Assembly: GCA_900555435.1 (NCBI GenBank)
Contig: USLH01000038.1
Location: forward strand, 1 to 16,893
Direction: 5' to 3'
Length of the DNA: 16,893 bases
DNA from: an uncultured Oscillospiraceae bacterium
GTDB taxonomy: Bacteria > Bacillota > Clostridia > Oscillospirales > Ruminococcaceae
The notes beneath the pieces are model-generated. The model ran no database searches. It saw nothing but the letters and a program-made list of their open reading frames with translations, and was not told the origin of the DNA. The position numbers were made by a program, and so were the translations under genes. This document shows positions 9,072 through 16,183 of this stretch, piece after piece (position 1 is the first letter of the stretch; every line of letters begins with the position of its first letter).

Positions 9072-9449
9072 TTAGAAGGGGCGGGTATTTTCCACAGCGG
9101 CGGCCTTACCCCAGGCAAACCGGTTCTTGCGGACCCGCTTGATGCTCTTTACCACATAGGATTTCCCGTCGCCCTCTTCAGCAAGGATGGCGGAAACCGC
9201 AGCGGTAATGGCAGCGACTACGTCATCGGTCAACCCATCGGAAGCGATCTCTACGACCGGAACCTCAGGCTTCCCTTCCTTTTTTTTTTCAGTCTTGGGC
9301 GCAGACGACGCTCTTCCTACGGAAGTCATGATCTTTCCAAAAAGCCAGATGATGAAAACCAGCAAGATCAGCGCAGCAAAAACGACTACGATGCCGGTGA
9401 GGACGACTGCCATGGTGAATCCCCAATCGACGTTCAGCAAAACGTTCAT
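9072..9449 (-). CDS. oadG: Na+-translocating decarboxylase gamma subunit (OadG-like)
   Basis: 125 aa with a single N-terminal TM (MNVLLNVDWGFTMAVVLTGIVVVFAALILLVFIIW). Charged linker and Ala-rich C-terminus (VVAAITAAVSAIL). RBS GGAGATAGGAGAT precedes ATG 9449. Lies 32 nt upstream of oadB. Confidence 0.7.
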   Translation of the reverse strand: MNVLLNVDWGFTMAVVLTGIVVVFAALILLVFIIWLFGKIMTSVGRASSAPKTEKKKEGKPEVPVVEIASDGLTDDVVAAITAAVSAILAEEGDGKSYVVKSIKRVRKNRFAWGKAAAVENTRPF

Positions 9450-9595
9450 ATCTCCTATCTCCTTTTTCAATAATAACCTTTGTATGTCGACTCCGCCGCA
9501 TCTGCGGCAGAAGAAAAGAAAGAGAACATCAGACGGAAGAAGCATTCCTTTTAAAAAAGAAACACCAAACTCCCCCATCTTAATATATTGTTCTT

Positions 9596-9624
9596 ATTAT
9601 AGCGCAGTTTTCTCCTTTTGTCTA
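9596..9624 (-). promoter_or_regulatory. Sigma-A promoter TAGACA-17-TATAAT for oadGB, giving a ~145-nt leader
   Basis: Minus strand reads TAGACAaaaggagaaaactgcgcTATAAT. Confidence 0.45.
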
Positions 9625-9649
9625 CCTTTTTTTAAAAAACGGCAACAAA

Positions 9650-9700
9650 AAATCCCGCCGGACACTTATGCAAAATGTCTGCGGCGGGATTTTTTTATTC
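9650..9700 (-). terminator. Bidirectional rho-independent terminator after the SPFH gene
   Basis: Plus strand reads AAAAAATCCCGCCGGacacttatgcaaaatgtcTGCGGCGGGATTTTTTT. It is a long imperfect hairpin with an A-run to its left and a T-run to its right. Confidence 0.6.
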
Positions 9701-10807
9701 TTCCGAAACCCCTCTTCCCCGAAGCAGCTCCGAAAGCTGCGCCAGAATGTCGCCGGATCCGTTTAAGCTGATGTTCCCCACGTTGCTGCAGATCCGCTCA
9801 ATGGATTCCAGCTCCTTCAGTTGATACAACGTGCGGTTTTCCTCCATGAGCCGGGCGGTGTTCAGAAGCGACCGAGTGGAGGCGACCTCTTCCCGGCGGG
9901 TGATGATGCTGGCCTGCGCCCGTTTTTCCGCCGCCAGCACCGTGTTCATGATCTCCCGGATCTCCCCGGGAAGGATCACGTCCTTGATGCCTCCGTCTTC
10001 CACTTCCGTAAAGAACGTTTCCGCCTTTTCCCGCAGCTTTTTAAGAACCTCCTCCGAGACGCCTTCCTTCCGCTCCAGCAGCTCATCCAGCGTGAGCCGC
10101 CCTACGGATTCCCGCAAAGCCAGCTGCGCCGCCACATGGAGCTGTTCCGGAAGGTCGTCGATCTCCGTCAGCGCCCGGACCGGATCCGTGATCCGGTAGC
10201 TGCAGACAAAATTGAGCCGCAGGCTCACCTTATCCCTCGTCAGGATCTCCTGTCCGGAAACCGTAAGCTGCGTCAGCCGGGTATCGAAAAATTCCGTCGT
10301 GACCTGAACCGCCCCGTTCCAGAACCGATAGATTCCCGGTTCCAAAACCCGCACCGGCTTCCCGTCGAACAAAAGTCGTGCCTTCTGATAGGGCGCTACC
10401 TCCACCGTATCATATAATTCCCCGGGGATCTCCCGGAAAAGATAAGCCGGCACGCTCTCCCCCATCTCCGGGTGAGAAGCATCCTCCAACTGGAACCGAT
10501 GCTCCCCTGCCGCTTTCCAGAAAGCGTGCTTCCCGGAAGTCAAAACGTCTGTAAATGTTCCGTCAACAAAGTGAAGCCCCAGCTCCTGATCCTTTACCTC
10601 TGCTGTGACCAGCTCTCCTGCCGTTTCCGGATCCGCAAGCAGCACGGAAAGCGGACACATCTCCGACTGCACCTCATTGGCAAGCTCCAGGACCTCAATA
10701 CTCCGGTCGCCGAACGTCCGGTATTTTCCCGGATTCAAAAGCCGTTCATACCGCCCATTTTTAAAAAGAAGCCCCCGTTGATTGTCCTGCACAATGACCT
10801 TTTTCAT
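9695..10807 (-). CDS. Cytoplasmic SPFH/Band-7 (stomatin/prohibitin/flotillin-like; YdjI/COG4260-like) protein with internally duplicated N-terminal segment
   Basis: 370 aa with no TM segment. The SPFH core is ...VRVLEPGIYRFW...QEILTRDKVSLRLNFVCSYRITDP... with a C-terminal coiled-coil AEKRAQA. Residues 8-35 (RGLLFKNGRYERLLNPGKYRTFG) repeat at ~155-180 (ARLLFDGKPVRVLEPGIYRFWNG). AGGAGG RBS present. Confidence 0.6.
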   Translation of the reverse strand: MKKVIVQDNQRGLLFKNGRYERLLNPGKYRTFGDRSIEVLELANEVQSEMCPLSVLLADPETAGELVTAEVKDQELGLHFVDGTFTDVLTSGKHAFWKAAGEHRFQLEDASHPEMGESVPAYLFREIPGELYDTVEVAPYQKARLLFDGKPVRVLEPGIYRFWNGAVQVTTEFFDTRLTQLTVSGQEILTRDKVSLRLNFVCSYRITDPVRALTEIDDLPEQLHVAAQLALRESVGRLTLDELLERKEGVSEEVLKKLREKAETFFTEVEDGGIKDVILPGEIREIMNTVLAAEKRAQASIITRREEVASTRSLLNTARLMEENRTLYQLKELESIERICSNVGNISLNGSGDILAQLSELLRGRGVSEE

Positions 10808-11066
10808 ATCAAAACCTCCTGAAAGGATTTGCTTGCATCGCTTTCCCTGACAGCCTGCCCGGCGGCAGAGAGCTTAAAGCCGGAGCGCCTGCCGGCGGAA
10901 GCGCAAGGCTCTGGCCGTACATTTGCTCCGGCGGGATCCGCTTTCCGGCAAGGCCGGACCGCTGCGGGAAAAGGAAGCCCTCGGCCTCCCTTCCACCGGG
11001 AAAGCGCTTGTTTTGTGCTGTTCCGAAGAACTCATAAAAAGAATACCAAAACCGCTTGGCCGCACC

Positions 11067-11100
11067 CGAGGGCACGGGCAGGATTCGAACCTGCGATTGG
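11067..11100 (-). other. tRNA-like 3' fragment (T-arm GCAGG-TTCGAAT-CCTGC plus 7-nt acceptor-like strand); no intact tRNA could be folded
   Basis: Minus strand reads gcaGGTTCGAATCCtgcccgtgccc, a canonical T-stem/loop. No complementary 5' acceptor strand, D-arm or anticodon arm could be found in the 90 nt upstream. Confidence 0.35.
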
Positions 11101-11206
11101 TAAAACCGTCGGCATACACTTCGGAAATTCCTCATGCACCGCCGCGGGATAGTCCATCCGCCAGCAAAGACGGTCTTACTGCCTTTATCTTATCAGATTC
11201 TTCCTT

Positions 11207-11252
11207 AAAAAGCAAGAAAAAGCTGCGGAACTCCCAAAAGGATCCCGCAGCT
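11207..11252 (-). terminator. Rho-independent terminator after the alpha-galactosidase / small zinc-ribbon protein operon
   Basis: 8-bp stem AGCTGCGG/CCGCAGCT with a 16-nt loop, followed on the minus strand by TTTTTCTTGCTTTTT. Confidence 0.55.
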
Positions 11253-11264
11253 TCCGGGCCCGCC

Positions 11265-11456
11265 TTAAAAAAGCGTACAGCCCATCTTCTTAAAATGCTC
11301 GATCTTTTCCCGGATCAGCTCCTCGCTGACCTTGAATTTTTTCGCAAAACAAGTGATGCAAAGGTACTCCTTCGCCCCCCGGTTCACCATACGTTTGTAA
11401 ATGGCGATCTCGTCGTGTGTCAGTTCTCTGCCGCACTGCATACAGTGCTCGCTCAT
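11265..11456 (-). CDS. Small (63 aa) Cys4 zinc-ribbon protein (CxxC-N25-CxxC; DUF2197/YlaI-like)
   Basis: MSEHCMQCGRELTHDEIAIYKRMVNRGAKEYLCITCFAKKF... The start ATG overlaps the alpha-galactosidase stop (ATGA), and a terminator follows. Confidence 0.55.
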   Translation of the reverse strand: MSEHCMQCGRELTHDEIAIYKRMVNRGAKEYLCITCFAKKFKVSEELIREKIEHFKKMGCTLF

Positions 11457-12586
11457 TCCACCCGCACCAGCTTTGCCTTATACATCCGGCAGCCGTGAGG
11501 CTCTACGGCAGGCAGGAAGTAATCCCGCTTAACGCCCAGATTCTCTCCGGTGAACACATCGGTCAGCTCCAAGCCGTAGCCGCTCTCATAAGGGATCCCG
11601 AGATCCGCAAAAGAAGCGCTGTAACGGTACACGTGACCGGCTTCGCTCAAATTGAAGTAAGCCAATACAAATTCATTGTTGGACAGATGCCGGATGAAGA
11701 AATACGGATCCTCACCGGATTTTCCGGCCAGATAAGGCGGACGGCACTCCTCGTCCTGATCGATGGCGATCAGCTCTTTGTTGAGCATCAGCGCTTTGCT
11801 GGTCTCGTTGACCGTGCGAAGGTCGCAGCCCATCATCAGCGGCACGCCGAAGAGGCACCACAAAGCAAAGTGCGTCCGGTATTCCACGTCGGAGCAGCCG
11901 CCGAAGCCAACGTTGCCCTTGCCGTACATTCCCACCACCAGCATATCCGGATCGTTGAAGCTGCCGGAAGAAGACATACACAACTTGTCAATCTGGCTGA
12001 CGGCAATGTCCTTGAAGGACTGGTAATTATCTTGGATATCGCCGGTGGAGCGGTACATATGGACGCCGATGGACTTCATCCACTTCCATGGTTCCTGCAT
12101 GCCCCAGTTGCAGGCGGAGAAGAGAATCTCCCTGCCGGAGGCTTTCAGAGCCATGCTCATGGTGTGGTAACGGTTTATGCAGTTTCCGCTTTCCGGGAAG
12201 TTGCAGAAATCGTATTTCAAGAAGTCAACGCCCCATTCGGCAAAGGTTTTGGCGTCGATGAACTCGTGATCGTAACTGGAGGGGTATCCGGCACAGGTAC
12301 GCACGCCGGCGCAGGAATACATACCGAATTTTAAGCCCTTGCTGTGGACGTAGTCGGCCACGGCTTTCATGCCATTGGGGAATTTCACATGATCGGGGAC
12401 CAGTCGGCCGTTTTCGTCCCGTTCCATCTCCGCCCAGCAGTCATCGATGACCAGATACTCATAACCTGCGGCCAGGTACCCCTGATCTACCATAACGTCT
12501 GCCATTTCTTTAATAAGGCTCTCGTTGATATTTTCTCCGAAGGTGTTCCAGGAATTCCAACCCATAGGGGGACGTTTTGCCAGCAT
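11453..12586 (-). CDS. Alpha-galactosidase, glycoside hydrolase family 27 (cytoplasmic, no signal peptide)
   Basis: N-terminus PPMGWNSWNTFG...YLVIDDCW plus the downstream GH27 catalytic motifs. 377 aa. RBS AAAGGAG present. Confidence 0.85.
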   Translation of the reverse strand: MLAKRPPMGWNSWNTFGENINESLIKEMADVMVDQGYLAAGYEYLVIDDCWAEMERDENGRLVPDHVKFPNGMKAVADYVHSKGLKFGMYSCAGVRTCAGYPSSYDHEFIDAKTFAEWGVDFLKYDFCNFPESGNCINRYHTMSMALKASGREILFSACNWGMQEPWKWMKSIGVHMYRSTGDIQDNYQSFKDIAVSQIDKLCMSSSGSFNDPDMLVVGMYGKGNVGFGGCSDVEYRTHFALWCLFGVPLMMGCDLRTVNETSKALMLNKELIAIDQDEECRPPYLAGKSGEDPYFFIRHLSNNEFVLAYFNLSEAGHVYRYSASFADLGIPYESGYGLELTDVFTGENLGVKRDYFLPAVEPHGCRMYKAKLVRVE

Positions 12587-12644
12587 ATGCGACGCTCCTT
12601 TTTATCGTTTCTAATAATTTTTTTGACACGATCTCGGTCAACCT

Positions 12645-12674
12645 CATTATAACGGCCTAAAATCTGCTTGTCAA
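12645..12674 (-). promoter_or_regulatory. Consensus sigma-A promoter TTGACA-17-TATAAT for alpha-galactosidase
   Basis: Minus strand reads TTGACAagcagattttaggccgtTATAAT. The ~45-nt leader contains the inverted repeat TGAC-N9-GTCA (12625-12641). Confidence 0.65.
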
Positions 12675-12782
12675 CCACTTTTTTTCAATTTTTTCCCTGC
12701 GTTTTTTTGCAGAAGGGTCATCTCTGTTTTTCACTTGGCTTTATGTTGCATTTAAAAAAGAGAAATCCCCCATAAAGCCGGT

Positions 12783-12815
12783 CTTTCCCTTTCTTTCCCT
12801 TTCTTTCCCATCTTT
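12783..12815. repeat. Short pyrimidine-rich tandem repeat (CTTTCTTTCC x ~2.5)
   Basis: gtctttccctttctttccctttctttcccatcttttt lies in the divergent intergenic region between the alpha-galactosidase and HD genes. Confidence 0.5.
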
Positions 12816-12897
12816 TTCTCCGCAACATTTTGAAAAGCAAAGATTCCCGAAAAAATTTTGCCCTTCCCTCGTTTTCTTTATAGAAAAGGAAATTCCG

Positions 12898-12926
12898 TTG
12901 CATCCGTGAAAAAAATGTGCTATACT
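12898..12926 (+). promoter_or_regulatory. Sigma-A promoter TTGCAT-17-(TGc)TATACT for the HD/DUF1113 operon
   Basis: Plus strand reads TTGCATccgtgaaaaaaatgTGcTATACT (extended -10). TSS is predicted near 12934. Confidence 0.6.
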
Positions 12927-12942
12927 GAAATTATCCTTTTTC

Positions 12943-12959
12943 CTCCGGAATCATTCCGG
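12943..12959. promoter_or_regulatory. 17-bp perfect palindrome TCCGGAAT-c-ATTCCGGA at +10 of the HD-operon promoter (candidate operator)
   Basis: It lies immediately downstream of the predicted TSS and upstream of the HD ATG. As RNA it would have a sterically awkward 1-nt loop, which favours a dimeric protein binding site. Confidence 0.35.
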
Positions 12960-12986
12960 AAAACTCCCGAAAGCCCGGTGATTTTC

Positions 12987-13502
12987 ATGCAGCTCACGAC
13001 CGAAGAGCAGATCTTCTTCCACCGTCTTTTAAAAGATGTGGCGGAACACACCGACCTGCTTCAAATGGATTCCTTTCTCCAGCACGGCGACACCTCCACT
13101 CTCTGGCACAGCATCGCCGTCGCTTATTACAGTTTTCTCATCGCCCGCAGGCTCAAACTCTCCTGCCGCTGGAAAAGTCTGGTAGCAGGCGCCCTGCTCC
13201 ACGATTATTACCTTTACGATTGGCACATCCCCGCCCCGGATCACCGGCTCCACGGCTTCACCCATCCGAAAGCCGCTTTAAAAAATGCCTGCCGGGACTG
13301 GAAGGTGGACAAGATCCAGAAAAGCATCATCGCCCACCATATGTTCCCCCTGACTCCCGTTCCTCCCCACTGCCGGGAAGGAATCCTGGTCTGTCTGGTG
13401 GACAAGTGGTGTTCTCTTGCAGAAACCTTCCGCAGCCACAGCTACAAACGGCTCCACAAGCTCTACGGATCCCTGCTCCGGAAAGAAGGCGTTCCATGCT
13501 GA
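12987..13502 (+). CDS. HD-domain metal-dependent phosphohydrolase (small, single-domain)
   Basis: H...HD...D pattern (LWHSIAV ... GALLHDYYLYDWH ... IAHHMFPL ... LVDKW). The track ORF begins at TTG 12858, upstream of the promoter. First ATG after the TSS is 12987 with a weak RBS, so the start is uncertain by a few codons. Confidence 0.6.
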   Translation: MQLTTEEQIFFHRLLKDVAEHTDLLQMDSFLQHGDTSTLWHSIAVAYYSFLIARRLKLSCRWKSLVAGALLHDYYLYDWHIPAPDHRLHGFTHPKAALKNACRDWKVDKIQKSIIAHHMFPLTPVPPHCREGILVCLVDKWCSLAETFRSHSYKRLHKLYGSLLRKEGVPC

Positions 13503-14305
13503 CGCTTTGCCGACTGTTCCTCTGGTTCCTTTTCTACAGCTTCGCCGGATGGGTCTATGAATCCATCCTCTGCTCCATCACCGAGCGGAAATGGGTGGAC
13601 CGGGGATTCCTCTACGGCCCCCTCTGCCCCATTTACGGATCCGGCGCTGTCCTGATCCTGCTGGCTTTAGGAAGGCTTACCAATCCGCTGGTCCTCTTTC
13701 TCTCTGGCATGACCCTCTGCAGTATTCTGGAATACGCCGTTTCCTGGCTGATGGAAAAGCTCTTCCACGCCCGCTGGTGGGATTACTCCCATATGCGCTT
13801 CCAATTAAACGGCCGCATCTGCCTGCTGGGCGCTGTGGTCTTCGGACTTTTTGCCATGGTGCTGGTTCTCTGGATCCATCCGGCCGTTTACCGGATGACC
13901 CTGCTGATCCCGGATCTTTGGATCTACCTCTCCTCCGGATTTCTTGCAGCCGCAGTCATTGCCGATACAGCCGTCACCACCGTCCGCACTCTGGAGATGA
14001 ACCACAAGCTTCAGGAGATCCAAAACGCCCTCAATGGCTTCCTTGAGGAATCCAGAGAAAAAGTAAAAGAGCTGAAAGGCGCCGCTTCTCTGGAGCGGAT
14101 CCGTGCCTTCCGTGCGAACCTCTTGGAGAGCTTTGAAAGCAGCCGCTTCTGCAGCGACCGGATCCGCACCCTTCTGCAAAAACGCAGCTCCCAGGAAAGC
14201 CGCTTCCTCCGCACCTTCCCCCGGATGCATTCGATCCGTTATGCCGAAGCGTTCCAGAAGCTGCGGGAAGCCGCCGCAAAGAAACTTCCCTCCCGCAAAG
14301 ACTGA
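13496..14305 (+). CDS. DUF1113 / 'putative ABC-transporter type IV' (CmpB-like) polytopic membrane protein with ~80-aa charged coiled-coil C-terminal tail
   Basis: FLWFLFYSFAGWVYESILCSITERKWVDRGFLYGPLCPIYGSGAVL matches the PF06541 signature. ATG 13496 overlaps the HD stop by 7 nt. RBS GAAAGAAGG present. Confidence 0.6.
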   Translation: MLTLCRLFLWFLFYSFAGWVYESILCSITERKWVDRGFLYGPLCPIYGSGAVLILLALGRLTNPLVLFLSGMTLCSILEYAVSWLMEKLFHARWWDYSHMRFQLNGRICLLGAVVFGLFAMVLVLWIHPAVYRMTLLIPDLWIYLSSGFLAAAVIADTAVTTVRTLEMNHKLQEIQNALNGFLEESREKVKELKGAASLERIRAFRANLLESFESSRFCSDRIRTLLQKRSSQESRFLRTFPRMHSIRYAEAFQKLREAAAKKLPSRKD

Positions 14306-14311
14306 GAAAAA

Positions 14312-14347
14312 GCACGATCGGAAAAACTCCGACCGTGCTTTTTTATG
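14312..14347. terminator. Bidirectional terminator between the convergent DUF1113 and AraC genes
   Basis: AAAAAGCACGATCGG-aaaaactc-CGACCGTGCTTTTTT, a 10-11-bp stem with one mismatch, flanked by A and T runs. Confidence 0.6.
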
Positions 14348-15164
14348 GTTCTTCCCGCCGCTCCACCTTAGAGGGCAGCTCCCCCATATACTTCTTATAG
14401 GTTTTCGCAAAATAGGACAGATTGGAAAATCCGCTCAGTTCCGCACTTTCACTGACGTTGCATTTTCCCGAAAGCAGCAGCCTTCTTGCATAGCAGCATC
14501 GGGTGTAATTGATGTGATCCACCACCGTCCGTCCGGTGATCTCCTTGAACCCCCGGCAGAAGTAGTATTTGCTGAACCCGGCGGCAGCGCTGATCTGCTC
14601 CACGGAAAGCTCTTCGGAAAGATGCAGCTGGATGTAGCTGATCGCCGCTTTTACCATATCCAGACGTTTATCCTTCCGCTCCCCGTCGAACTCCTTCCGC
14701 TCCACCCAATGGCGGCACAGATGGACCAAAAGCCCCCCTAAATCCGCCCGAACCGCAGGTTTATAGTAGGCACTCCGGGTCAGCATCTCGTCCACGATCC
14801 GGTCAAAATATTCCCTTGCCATAGCGTCGGATACCCGCAGGCAGAACTGCACCTGTCCCACCGGCGCTCCCAACTGCTCACAAAGCTCCCGCTCCGCCAG
14901 AAGGCAATAATACCGGGTCACCGGCGTCAGCGCACGGATCTCATGAATGTGCCCGCTGTTGATGACGGCGATCTCCCCGGTGCGGATCACCTGCCGCAGA
15001 GTATCGGAAGAAACCTCCGCCTCCCCTTCCACCATATAAAGCATTTCCAGGCTATCCTGCCAGTGAATATTGAAGGGTCGCCCCGGCCATGTGGTGTCCA
15101 GATGGAAGATCACCGGCAGTTCCGGATCCTTAAAAGCCGCCGATTCATACGCAAGCCGCTGCAT
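14343..15164 (-). CDS. AraC-family transcriptional regulator (N-terminal cupin sugar-binding domain, C-terminal double HTH)
   Basis: C-terminus ...LSVEQISAAAGFSKYYFCRGFKEITG...ESAELSGFSNLSYFAKTYKKYMGELPS is a canonical AraC HTH. ATG 15164 has AGGAG 7 nt upstream. The longer TTG/ATG-less N-terminal extension in the track lacks an RBS. Confidence 0.8.
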   Translation of the reverse strand: MQRLAYESAAFKDPELPVIFHLDTTWPGRPFNIHWQDSLEMLYMVEGEAEVSSDTLRQVIRTGEIAVINSGHIHEIRALTPVTRYYCLLAERELCEQLGAPVGQVQFCLRVSDAMAREYFDRIVDEMLTRSAYYKPAVRADLGGLLVHLCRHWVERKEFDGERKDKRLDMVKAAISYIQLHLSEELSVEQISAAAGFSKYYFCRGFKEITGRTVVDHINYTRCCYARRLLLSGKCNVSESAELSGFSNLSYFAKTYKKYMGELPSKVERREEP

Positions 15165-15237
15165 TTTCCGCTCCTTTCCCAAAAAGAAATTGGTTCTAAA
15201 AAAGCAAGATTCTGTCAATTTGAGGCAACTTCTTGCC

Positions 15238-15265
15238 TTTACAAATCTGCCTTCTATTATATAAT
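15238..15265 (+). promoter_or_regulatory. Sigma-A promoter TTTACA-16-TATAAT for the isomerase-oxidoreductase operon, divergent from araC-family gene
   Basis: Plus strand reads TTTACAaatctgccttctattaTATAAT, about 45 nt before ATG 15311. Confidence 0.45.
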
Positions 15266-15310
15266 AAGAGTAGCGAGACGTCAATATTTCACTTGAAAAG
15301 GAGCGTTTTT

Positions 15311-16153
15311 ATGTATCAGTTTCCCATCGGTGTCATTCTCGATTCCTTCCGGGTGGACATTCCCACTGCACTGAAAAAAGCCGTTGAAGTCGGCGCTCAG
15401 GGCATTCAGGTCTACTCCACTTACGGCGAAATGTCCCCCGAAAACCTGGTGGGCCAGAAGCGGAAGGACTTCCTTAAAATGGTCAAGGACAACGGCCTTG
15501 TGATCTCCGCTCTCTGCGGCGACCTGGGCCACGGCTTCGGTAACGCCGAAAAGAATCCGGAGCTGATCGAACGCTCCAAACGAATTCTGGATCTGGCCAA
15601 AGAGCTGGAGACCAACATCGTCACCACTCACATCGGCGTCGTTCCTAACGATCCCGAGCACGAGCGTTATAAGATCATGCAGGAGGCCTGCTTCCAGCTG
15701 GCGCAGTACGCCGATTCTCTGGATGCTCATTTCGCCATTGAGACCGGCCCTGAGATTGCCGTTACCCTGAAGGGCTTCCTGGACGCCCTCCATTCCACCG
15801 GCGTTGCCGTCAACCTTGACCCCGCAAACCTCGTCATGGTCACTGGCGACGACCCCGTACAGGCGGTCTACACCCTGAAAGACTACATCGTCCACACCCA
15901 TGCCAAAGACGGCAAGCGGAACTACTACCGTGCTCCCGAAGAGGTATACGGTCTGGTGGAATCCGAAATGCTGGCAAGCCCTTCCTTCGTCGAGCTGCCC
16001 CTGGGCGACGGAAACGTCCCCTTCCCCGCCTACCTGAAAGCACTGGAAGACATCGGCTACAAAGGCTTCCTGACCATTGAGCGGGAAACCGGCGATAAGC
16101 CCGAAGCCGACATCCGCAAGGCTGCCAACTTCTTAAAAGACCTGATGAAATAA
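15311..16153 (+). CDS. Sugar phosphate isomerase/epimerase (xylose-isomerase-like TIM barrel, IolE/AP-endonuclease-2 fold)
   Basis: 281 aa. Pattern GAQGIQVY...TTHIG...AIETGP...HTHAKD...FLTIERE is typical of this fold. RBS AAGGAG lies 9 nt upstream. Confidence 0.75.
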   Translation: MYQFPIGVILDSFRVDIPTALKKAVEVGAQGIQVYSTYGEMSPENLVGQKRKDFLKMVKDNGLVISALCGDLGHGFGNAEKNPELIERSKRILDLAKELETNIVTTHIGVVPNDPEHERYKIMQEACFQLAQYADSLDAHFAIETGPEIAVTLKGFLDALHSTGVAVNLDPANLVMVTGDDPVQAVYTLKDYIVHTHAKDGKRNYYRAPEEVYGLVESEMLASPSFVELPLGDGNVPFPAYLKALEDIGYKGFLTIERETGDKPEADIRKAANFLKDLMK

Positions 16154-16183
16154 ACAACCATATTCTCAGAAAGAAGGATCCTC

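Noticed and set aside
9450-9578. Longer OadG ORF from 9578 (MGEFGVSFLKGMLL...)
   Set aside because: The extension lies in the promoter/leader region and lacks an RBS. ATG 9449 follows GGAGATAGGAGAT and starts directly at the TM helix, as in OadG proteins.
10808-11060. Known riboswitch classes (ydaO/c-di-AMP, c-di-GMP-I, ZTP, guanidine-I, SRP/RNase P RNA) in the GC-rich SPFH leader
   Set aside because: By eye none of the class-defining conserved boxes are present. The region is kept only as an unclassified structured leader within the SPFH finding.
11061-11456. tmRNA (ssrA) whose 3' tRNA-like end would be the T-arm fragment at 11067-11100
   Set aside because: A ~350-nt tmRNA body would have to overlap the well-formed 63-aa zinc-ribbon ORF and its terminator. 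No tmRNA tag-ORF or pseudoknot signatures were evident, and the acceptor-stem partner is missing.
10829-11498. Plus-strand ORFs 10829..11152 and 10923..11498 spanning the non-coding gap
   Set aside because: Their translations are Pro/Arg/Ala-rich with no RBS. They overlap the tRNA-like fragment, a terminator and the minus-strand zinc-ribbon gene, so they are not coding.
12858-12986. HD gene starting at TTG 12858 or ATG 12915 as in the ORF track
   Set aside because: Both candidate starts lie upstream of or inside the predicted promoter (-35 at 12898, -10 at 12921). The first in-frame ATG after the TSS is 12987.
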